From Shigella phage Sfk20: a stretch of DNA of 64,000 nucleotides. This document shows positions 57,922 through 64,000 of the stretch, piece after piece. Position 1 is the first letter of the stretch, and the number at the start of each line of letters is the position of its first letter. The notes under the pieces are model-generated. The model saw nothing but the letters and a program-made list of their open reading frames with translations. It searched no databases and was not told where the DNA came from. Position numbers and translations under genes: made by a program. The stretch lies in the sequence record MW341595; one strand, written 5' to 3'.

Positions 57922-58073
57922 GCCATGTGAGTTGCAGCTTCATCACACATATCATAACGTTTCTTAAGAAGTTCTACAAGTTCTTCACTAGTAACGTCAT
58001 CCATGTTGACGAAAAAATCACCATTAATGATGACGTAGATGTTTCCTTCTTGATTGAGTGCTTCAATTTTCAT
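57885..58073 (-). CDS. hypothetical protein, 62 aa
   Basis: ORF track 57885..58118 trimmed to ATG 58071-58073 with GAGGAG SD. Confidence 0.4.
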   Translation of the reverse strand: MKIEALNQEGNIYVIINGDFFVNMDDVTSEELVELLKKRYDMCDEAATHMACAIFSLSYVVE

Positions 58074-58100
58074 GATGTTCTCCTCTTTATCCGATAGTTG

Positions 58101-58129
58101 TATAGTATCACAGCTCAAATGGAAAGTAA
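58101..58129 (-). promoter_or_regulatory. early (sigma70-type) promoter
   Basis: Reverse complement TTTACT-17 nt-TACTAT. Confidence 0.6.
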
Positions 58130-58145
58130 ACCGGTAAAATGAAAA

Positions 58146-58163
58146 AAGTCTCCCGAAGGAGAC
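58146..58163 (-). terminator. rho-independent terminator
   Basis: Stem gtctcc/ggagac, loop cgaa, U-run on the minus strand; same module as 19632-19651. Confidence 0.6.
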
Positions 58164-58168
58164 TAATG

Positions 58169-58555
58169 TTATTCGAGGGAAAGAAGATATTTGCTCTGGT
58201 AAAACATCCCAGTAATATCATCTATCGTGCTTTGAATGGCTGGAGGCATTTCTTTATAAATGCTGTTAGATTGGTCTAGTATGCGATCAATCATTTTAAT
58301 TGTGTCGGTAGGAAGTTTACTGGCATCTGGAATAGAAGGCGTGTATTTTCTACCAGAATACCCCAAATATTGCTCACCAAATTTATCAATCAAATCTGGC
58401 AACTCAGAGAAAATAAAATCGTATGCTTTGTGTCTAGCATAACTTTTAGTTTCAAAATGCGCAGAATGAAAATAAGCTTGTGCAGCCATTAATAAACCTA
58501 AGTATTCATCTGCCTTTGAAGGTTTTCCACTTTGTGAAAAGTCGCTGAATTTCAT
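58169..58555 (-). CDS. hypothetical protein, 128 aa
   Basis: ORF track. Confidence 0.5.
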   Translation of the reverse strand: MKFSDFSQSGKPSKADEYLGLLMAAQAYFHSAHFETKSYARHKAYDFIFSELPDLIDKFGEQYLGYSGRKYTPSIPDASKLPTDTIKMIDRILDQSNSIYKEMPPAIQSTIDDITGMFYQSKYLLSLE

Positions 58556-58845
58556 TCAGTCTCCAATTTAATGTTCATAATTCTAGCGTATGATTGTGCC
58601 ATCTCCGCGCCTCGCTCTATACATTCAAAATCGGAAGAGCACGGGTCATTTTTATAAGTCGTTCGCATAAAACTATAGAACTGTTCAGATGATTCTACGC
58701 TTTTATTTTCAAAAAGCGTGTAAACATGTCTAATACCAGATTCCATAAATTTATCAAAATGAGGATCGACATTCGCTTCAATTGGTGGAGATAAAGCAAA
58801 CGCTAATCCTAGCATGGCAAATAGTGCCGTTGCTTTTAAGGCCAT
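58552..58845 (-). CDS. rI: lysis inhibition regulator rI
   Basis: 97 aa; MALKATALFAMLGLAFALSPPIEANVDPHFDKFMESGIRHVY... recognised as T4 RI-like. Confidence 0.9.
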   Translation of the reverse strand: MALKATALFAMLGLAFALSPPIEANVDPHFDKFMESGIRHVYTLFENKSVESSEQFYSFMRTTYKNDPCSSDFECIERGAEMAQSYARIMNIKLETE

Positions 58846-58857
58846 AAAGGCCTCCTA

Positions 58858-59070
58858 TCATTTTTGTCCTGTATTTACTTTATGCCGATGCACGGCCTTA
58901 ACTTTATCAAGGTATTTTTCAAAATTTCGCAATCTAGTATAGTCTGCCGGAGATTGGTTGAGTGATACTTCTCGACGCAAAGCTGAAATGATATTTCCAA
59001 CTTCCCTACGAATTTCATCTAATTGAAGAACAGTAAGATTGCGAAGTTGCTTTTCAGTTAATTGTAGCAT
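58858..59070 (-). CDS. hypothetical protein (rI.1 position), 70 aa
   Basis: ORF track; AAGGGG SD. Confidence 0.5.
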
Positions 59071-59095
59071 ATATACCCCTTTAGTTAGATAAACC

Positions 59096-59103
59096 TATTT
59101 ATA
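59096..59103 (-). promoter_or_regulatory. late promoter TATAAATA upstream of rI.1/rI
   Basis: Exact TATAAATA on minus strand about 26 nt upstream of the rI.1 ATG. Confidence 0.6.
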
Positions 59104-59112
59104 ACTTTTGCA

Positions 59113-59694
59113 CTAACCGAGCTTTTTAGTTAATTCATTCCAATGTTTTCTACACAAAGAAACATAAATTTCATCACCAATACAGATTTGATTACCTTCT
59201 TTAACTGGTGTTCCATCTTCCATTAATCGAGCTGTCATAATCGCTTTTTTACCACAATGACAAACTGCCTTTAGTTCAATAAGTTTATCTGCAATCGCCA
59301 AAAGTTCTTTAGAACCTTCAAATAATTTTCCAGCGAAATCAGTCCTTAGCCCATAAGCCATAACAGGAACATTATATGTATCAACAATTCGGCTTAATTG
59401 ATGCACCTGTTCAGTTTTTAAAAACTGGGCTTCATCTACAAATACGCAATGAATATCTTTTTGTGCTTCAGCCCATTTATAGAACTCAAAAATATCCATA
59501 TCATCCGTAATAATATTCGCTTCCTGTTTAATTCCAATGCGAGAAACGACTTCACAGACAGAATCGCGAGTATCAATAGCAGGCTTAAGAACTAATACAC
59601 CCATTCCACGTTCTTTATAATTATGTGCAGCAGTCAAAAGAGAAGCAGATTTTCCAGCATTCATTGCTGCATAAGTAAAAATTAAACTCGCCAT
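59113..59694 (-). CDS. tk: thymidine kinase
   Basis: 193 aa as T4 Tk; P-loop AAMNAGKS and C-terminal zinc cysteines. Confidence 0.95.
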   Translation of the reverse strand: MASLIFTYAAMNAGKSASLLTAAHNYKERGMGVLVLKPAIDTRDSVCEVVSRIGIKQEANIITDDMDIFEFYKWAEAQKDIHCVFVDEAQFLKTEQVHQLSRIVDTYNVPVMAYGLRTDFAGKLFEGSKELLAIADKLIELKAVCHCGKKAIMTARLMEDGTPVKEGNQICIGDEIYVSLCRKHWNELTKKLG

Positions 59695-59695
59695 C

Positions 59696-59884
59696 TTAGT
59701 CCTTAGTTAAATTTTCTAAATATGTTTCTAAATCATTTTCAGCTTTATCGATAGATTTTACTAATTCGTAATATGTTTCGGCATCTCCATAATCTGAAGC
59801 CGCTTCAAAAGATAAATCTCGTTCTAAACTAATAATTTCACCAACTAAAAATAATATTTCGTTCTTTTGTTCGCGGGTAATCAT
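59696..59884 (-). CDS. hypothetical acidic protein, 62 aa
   Basis: ORF track. Confidence 0.45.
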   Translation of the reverse strand: MITREQKNEILFLVGEIISLERDLSFEAASDYGDAETYYELVKSIDKAENDLETYLENLTKD

Positions 59885-60066
59885 AAGGAATTTATATAAT
59901 CAATAAGTTCTTGTTCTTTATCGTCGAAATCTTTACACAGTTCTTCGTATTCGTCAGTATTAAAAGGACCGCATTCATCACAAACTTTTTCCAATTCACT
60001 GTTTTTATCCATAACTTCGTGAATAAGAGAAAACAGCTTGTCTTTTTGTTCTTTACTTAGGCTCAT
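59881..60066 (-). CDS. hypothetical acidic protein, 61 aa
   Basis: ORF track. Confidence 0.45.
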   Translation of the reverse strand: MSLSKEQKDKLFSLIHEVMDKNSELEKVCDECGPFNTDEYEELCKDFDDKEQELIDYINSL

Positions 60067-60236
60067 ATATTAATTTCCAAAAGTTTTAAAATAATTCGCT
60101 TTTGCTTAAATATTTCCATAGTTAAATGATCAGTATCTTTTTGGCCAATTCCAATTGCAAAACCTTTATTAACAGCTAGTTCAATTAAATTATCAAGTTC
60201 ACGTAACACTTCATATTGTAGCTCAGAACTATTCAT
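60063..60236 (-). CDS. small hypothetical protein, 57 aa
   Basis: Hand-translated MNSSELQYEVLRELDNLIELAVNKGFAIGIGQKDTDHLTMEIFKQKRIILKLLEINI. Confidence 0.3.
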   Translation of the reverse strand: MNSSELQYEVLRELDNLIELAVNKGFAIGIGQKDTDHLTMEIFKQKRIILKLLEINI

Positions 60237-60460
60237 TTCGGTTTACCTTCTTTAACGAAATCAGGATAAGGATAAAATCCTGAATAAAATCCTTCACCTT
60301 TATGATTGATGCATCCTTTATTAGAACAATAGCACCAATAATCGAAATCACAAGCCATTTCATCATTACATAAAGCAAAAACAACCGGCCATTCACACTT
60401 TTCGCAGTGGGCATTTTTAAGAATACTAGTTTGACTCATAACCATGTAACCTTTAAGCAA
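60233..60460 (-). CDS. Cys-rich small protein, 75 aa
   Basis: ORF track; 8 cysteines (CEKCE, CNDEMAC, CYC, GC). Confidence 0.45.
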   Translation of the reverse strand: MLKGYMVMSQTSILKNAHCEKCEWPVVFALCNDEMACDFDYWCYCSNKGCINHKGEGFYSGFYPYPDFVKEGKPK

Positions 60461-60648
60461 TATTCTTCTACATGTTGTTTACGACCTTTTTTATCAATAA
60501 AGGTATATTCAACGAATGTTCCAATATAATCTTTATCTACATCATGTGGACTATTAATTGGGCATTTAGTACGGCAAATGCGTTCCCATTGACGAATAAT
60601 TTCCACTTTGTTTTTAGGATCAAACGGATGCGGGTAATGTACTTTCAT
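60436..60648 (-). CDS. hypothetical protein, 70 aa
   Basis: ORF track. Confidence 0.45.
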   Translation of the reverse strand: MKVHYPHPFDPKNKVEIIRQWERICRTKCPINSPHDVDKDYIGTFVEYTFIDKKGRKQHVEEYCLKVTWL

Positions 60649-61099
60649 AATCCACCACTATTAAATCAATATCAGGAGTAAACATGTCGATTAATTTAGA
60701 AACCTTATCCCAATCGCCGCCAGCAATACCACAACCGATGCGTGGAATGTAAATTACTGGTTTAAACAAAAGGGTTTCTGCCTGTAGATTTAATTCTATC
60801 ATACAGTTTACTAAAGCACCATAATCAAGATTAGGACCCGGTTCGTATTGCGTATACAAATTATAGCACATACTAAATCCTGTAGGATTATGTTTAAAAA
60901 CAATAGACATATCGCCTAATTTATCACGAGAACCGTACTCGGTAGTGGTTTTATCTATTTCTAAAATTTTGGGATAGGCTCTTGCTAATTGACCTGCTAC
61001 GCCAGAGCCCATTGTGTGGAAGCAATTACACCCGTGCGCAATAATATTACCTTGAAGAAATAGGGCGACAATATCGCCCTTGATATATTTTACAATCAT
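60620..61099 (-). CDS. macro-domain-like protein (predicted ADP-ribose binding/processing), 159 aa
   Basis: N-terminal GDI...IAHGCNC...GSGVAG and later GCGIAGGDW resemble the macro-domain ligand-binding loops. Confidence 0.5.
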   Translation of the reverse strand: MIVKYIKGDIVALFLQGNIIAHGCNCFHTMGSGVAGQLARAYPKILEIDKTTTEYGSRDKLGDMSIVFKHNPTGFSMCYNLYTQYEPGPNLDYGALVNCMIELNLQAETLLFKPVIYIPRIGCGIAGGDWDKVSKLIDMFTPDIDLIVVDYESTLPASV

Positions 61100-61443
61100 C
61101 TAGTACTCAATCCTCGATTATAAGAATCTACTAAACGGTCAACCATTGAATGACAAGCGGCTTTATCTTTCTCCTCCGCAACTGAACATTCTAAGGTATT
61201 CCACTTTTTAGCATATCGTTTTAACAATGTATCATTTTTGTATCTGCTTGATTTATCTCTTTCTCCGTCTTTATATGCATATATTAATTTCTGTGCAAAT
61301 TCAGCTTGGCATGCTTTATTTTTCCCGCAATAATCTGCGGCAGTACGGTTTACATACTCTCTAATTTCAGTATATGATGTATCTGCTGATGCAGAAGCAG
61401 AAAATGAAATTAATCCTATACATAAAACCAAAATTTTAGTCAT
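61096..61443 (-). CDS. secreted/periplasmic protein, 115 aa
   Basis: ORF track; N-terminal signal peptide MTKILVLCIGLISFSASASA. Confidence 0.5.
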   Translation of the reverse strand: MTKILVLCIGLISFSASASADTSYTEIREYVNRTAADYCGKNKACQAEFAQKLIYAYKDGERDKSSRYKNDTLLKRYAKKWNTLECSVAEEKDKAACHSMVDRLVDSYNRGLSTR

Positions 61444-61981
61444 TTACTATTTCCAAAAGTTTATTATTTTTAAGGTAATTAGCCTTTTCTAGGACTTCAG
61501 AAGCATATTTAGAACCTGCTTTAACGTTCCATCCCGAATTATAAGAGGATATCGCCTTTCTTATATCGCCCTTATGTATATTTAACCAATAAGAAAGTTC
61601 AATGTACGCCCAGGAAGCTGAATTGGATCGTTTATTCAACATTCTTTTTATTTCAGCATCGGTCATATTATAACCAAGTTCCTTAACTCTCGCTCGCATA
61701 GTCGGCAAATAATTTTGGAACATTCCATAGGCATGATGCTTTGGTTTAGATTTTAAATTAACTCCGGCAGAGCTTTCTTGCCATAAAATAGCAGCCATTA
61801 TATGACCCAATCCGCTCTTGTGGATATTTTTGTGTGTTTTATATTTTCCATCCTTAGAAAATTGTTCCCCGAATTGATATGCGTAGCGCATGTTATCGAG
61901 TTGGACATTACTGAAAGTATGCTCGGAGCTATGTGCCATCATTGAAATGGCCAATAGACCAGCGAGTAGTGCTTTTCTCAT
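61436..61981 (-). CDS. periplasmic lytic transglycosylase-like protein, 181 aa
   Basis: Signal peptide plus ILWQESS...YGMFQ resembling the SLT catalytic E-S / G-MQ motif. Confidence 0.5.
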   Translation of the reverse strand: MRKALLAGLLAISMMAHSSEHTFSNVQLDNMRYAYQFGEQFSKDGKYKTHKNIHKSGLGHIMAAILWQESSAGVNLKSKPKHHAYGMFQNYLPTMRARVKELGYNMTDAEIKRMLNKRSNSASWAYIELSYWLNIHKGDIRKAISSYNSGWNVKAGSKYASEVLEKANYLKNNKLLEIVND

Positions 61982-61988
61982 GCTTACC

Positions 61989-62450
61989 TCATTGAGTTTT
62001 AATTACTGCTTTAGAAGCCTTTCCTGGTAAACGACGACTGTTGATAATTGCCATCCTACATTGAAGCGACGGGTCTTTGAACTTCGCATTAGGTTTACAA
62101 ACTGTAAATCCAAGCCAAAGATTTCCATCTGTGATTTCTAAACGTCCAGGGCGATATTCAACCCCATCAATAAAATCCTCGTCAATGTCAGGACGCGGAG
62201 GCATACTCAGGAATTCATTAACTTCTAAAACATGGTCTTTTATTTTGTGGAATAATTCAAAAACATATGTCTCATCAATCTCTCGTTGAATTGCACGATC
62301 AAGAAGATGCTGAGAATATTTTAGATGAAACGATGAGACCCCTGCTGCTTTTGATGCCTCACGAATCTCATTGTTAATTTGACGAAACTCCGACTCAAAG
62401 TGACGACGAAGCTTATTTCGACGGATAAAAACTTCTGTGTTGATAGTCAT
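61989..62450 (-). CDS. regB: RegB site-specific endoribonuclease
   Basis: 153 aa as T4 RegB; position downstream of the tk block. Confidence 0.8.
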   Translation of the reverse strand: MTINTEVFIRRNKLRRHFESEFRQINNEIREASKAAGVSSFHLKYSQHLLDRAIQREIDETYVFELFHKIKDHVLEVNEFLSMPPRPDIDEDFIDGVEYRPGRLEITDGNLWLGFTVCKPNAKFKDPSLQCRMAIINSRRLPGKASKAVIKTQ

Positions 62451-62477
62451 GTTATTCTCCTCTTAACTGATAGAAAA

Positions 62478-62506
62478 ATTATACCACAGTCAAGAGGAAA
62501 AGTAAA
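62478..62506 (-). promoter_or_regulatory. early (sigma70-type) promoter upstream of regB
   Basis: Reverse complement TTTACT-17 nt-TATAAT. Confidence 0.6.
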
Positions 62507-62509
62507 CAG

Positions 62510-62830
62510 TTATTCTTTAAATCTAATCAATTTATTCATAGACTTTGAAACTTCTGCACGGACCTCATGTAGGTTTTTAAGCTGTTCAAGACGTTGCTCA
62601 TAATAAGCAATTTCATCTTCTTCAAGACAGTCCTGTGAATCTTCTTTAAGATAACGCGCATAGTCCTGGAAAGCTTTACGGACTACTTCCTGGAAGTCAT
62701 CAAGACTTTGAATTTTCTTAGGAGCAACAGATACACGACGAGGGGCAGTATAATACTCATAACCAAACCCTGCGCTTAATTGAGCCATTAATATTTTTCC
62801 TCTGGTTGGAACACAGCACGACAAGCCCAC
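62510..62830 (-). CDS. hypothetical protein (vs.3 position), 106 aa
   Basis: ORF track. Confidence 0.45.
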   Translation of the reverse strand: MGLSCCVPTRGKILMAQLSAGFGYEYYTAPRRVSVAPKKIQSLDDFQEVVRKAFQDYARYLKEDSQDCLEEDEIAYYEQRLEQLKNLHEVRAEVSKSMNKLIRFKE

Positions 62831-63090
62831 ATACTGGCTTCTTTGAGTTTCGTTTTAGCAATAGTTAACTGATCGAGGCTTTCAGCATAATTCTTCGCGA
62901 ATTCACAGTCTTCACAATTATCCAGTGCTTCCCAGAATTCATCGTATAAAGCGTCAAAGATAAGTCCTAAACGAACTTCAGCATCTTTGATAGCATTCAC
63001 TTTACCGATTTTCTCTTCAGTATGTGGCTTATAACCTTTAATATCTTCAATCATATTTGACTTCCTCACCAGTACATAAATCATATTCAA
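62788..63090 (-). CDS. hypothetical protein (vs.4 position), 100 aa
   Basis: ORF track; synteny only. Confidence 0.45.
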   Translation of the reverse strand: MNMIYVLVRKSNMIEDIKGYKPHTEEKIGKVNAIKDAEVRLGLIFDALYDEFWEALDNCEDCEFAKNYAESLDQLTIAKTKLKEASMWACRAVFQPEEKY

Positions 63091-63268
63091 CTAAACGAAT
63101 AGGTTCATGAATGCCATATCCTTGAACAGAAATTTCTGTCGTAGGATAAATTCCATCAATATCACCCATGGTCCACGCTTCATTAAATTGCTGTTCGCCT
63201 GAATTACTAAACCACTCGGCGAAAGCATTTAACACATCTTTAGAACCTTCAATAATTATCTTTGCCAT
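63047..63268 (-). CDS. hypothetical protein, 73 aa
   Basis: ORF track. Confidence 0.45.
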   Translation of the reverse strand: MAKIIIEGSKDVLNAFAEWFSNSGEQQFNEAWTMGDIDGIYPTTEISVQGYGIHEPIRLVEYDLCTGEEVKYD

Positions 63269-63630
63269 TACAAGCTCTCAGTAAAGGTACGAGCGATAAC
63301 GTCGCGCTGCTGTTCCGGAGTCAGAGAGTTAAAGCGAACTGCATAACCGGATACACGGATGGTCAGCTGCGGATATTTTTCCGGATGCTTAACTGCATCT
63401 TCCAGAGTTTCACGACGCAGAACGTTAACGTTCAGGTGCTGACCACCTTCAATTTTAACTGTAGGCTGTGGTTCAATTTCAATTTCACGGGTGTGCAAAC
63501 CGTAGAAAATTTCTGGGTCTACAAAAGAGTCCTCTTTAAAGGTTTTAGAAACAATAATTCGTGCTTGAATACCATCTTCAAAATAAATAGTACCTTTATG
63601 TGTGCCTTCAAGAATTTGATATGCTTTCAT
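63268..63630 (-). CDS. autonomous glycyl-radical cofactor (GrcA/YfiD-like), 120 aa
   Basis: C-terminal 59 aa [60 protein letters not shown] match remembered E. coli GrcA incl. RVSGY motif; 3' part visibly GC-rich. Confidence 0.85.
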   Translation of the reverse strand: MKAYQILEGTHKGTIYFEDGIQARIIVSKTFKEDSFVDPEIFYGLHTREIEIEPQPTVKIEGGQHLNVNVLRRETLEDAVKHPEKYPQLTIRVSGYAVRFNSLTPEQQRDVIARTFTESL

Positions 63631-63636
63631 ATAACC

Positions 63637-63966
63637 TCAATTAGAAAATAAATTTATCCAAGACTGTTCTTTAATTAAAAATGGCTCAGAATCATATGCC
63701 ATTAAACTTTGGGTGATTAGTCCTTTAAAAGGTCCATCAATAAATTCCATGGTAAAATATGGAATTTTATTCATTAATCTTGCATTAGGAGCAGTACACA
63801 AAACTCTGCATCCTTTGAATACACCTTTTTGTAATTTGTATTGCTTAGGATAAAATTCGCTCAAGACGTTGTTATTTGCCAAAATTTCAAAATGATTCAC
63901 CAATTTATTTTTAATAGTTTTTGGCGAAAAATAAAGATATTCGAAAAGCTGTGTGTCTGTCATCAT
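63637..63966 (-). CDS. hypothetical protein, 109 aa
   Basis: ORF track. Confidence 0.45.
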   Translation of the reverse strand: MMTDTQLFEYLYFSPKTIKNKLVNHFEILANNNVLSEFYPKQYKLQKGVFKGCRVLCTAPNARLMNKIPYFTMEFIDGPFKGLITQSLMAYDSEPFLIKEQSWINLFSN

Positions 63967-64000
63967 TGCATTCCGATTACGAAAAACTGCGGACGAGTAA

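Noticed and set aside
2101-58163. Considered whether the repeated GC hairpins and promoter cassettes form a CRISPR-like array
   Set aside because: Copies are irregularly spaced, separated by genes rather than short spacers, and carry promoter and terminator signatures.
1-64000. Looked for tRNA, rRNA or other structured RNA genes
   Set aside because: No gap between ORFs is long enough with cloverleaf-like features; this is by inspection only and a tRNA scan would be needed to be sure.

Overview
The window is a densely packed, almost entirely minus-strand block of the early/middle (host-takeover, nucleotide-metabolism and replication) region of a T-even (T4-like) phage. Recognisable genes run from the 5' part of gene 52 (topoisomerase II) through stp, ndd, denB, rIIB, rIIA, 39, motB, dexA, dda, srd, modA, modB, soc, 56, 61, sp, dmd, 41, 40, uvsX, 42, imm, 43, regA, 62, 44, 45, rpbA, 46, 47, alpha-gt, 55, nrdH, nrdG, nrdD, 49, nrdC, rI, tk and regB to a GrcA-like glycyl-radical gene. 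All calls rest on reading the supplied translations and the nucleotide text against remembered T4 proteins and gene order; no database search was run. The arrangement looks T2/T6-like rather than T4 itself: gene 39 is one unsplit 605-aa ORF, nrdD is uninterrupted, no homing-endonuclease genes were seen, there is no room for dam between 56 and 61, and the beta-gt slot holds a different 282-aa protein. Between the conserved genes lie many small ORFs of unknown function, several in paralogous tandem sets. Non-coding structure is rich: about 17 sigma70-type early promoters, 5 MotA-box middle promoter candidates, 2 late promoters, GC-rich stem-loops, and near-identical promoter/leader cassettes repeated across the window. 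The most interesting items are the GrcA-like chimeric gene with a host-like GC-rich 3' end, a nucleotidyltransferase/P-loop ATPase pair, a four-gene coiled-coil cluster, a macro-domain protein and the repeated regulatory cassettes. Coordinates of small ORFs and motifs were derived by hand and may be off by a base or two.
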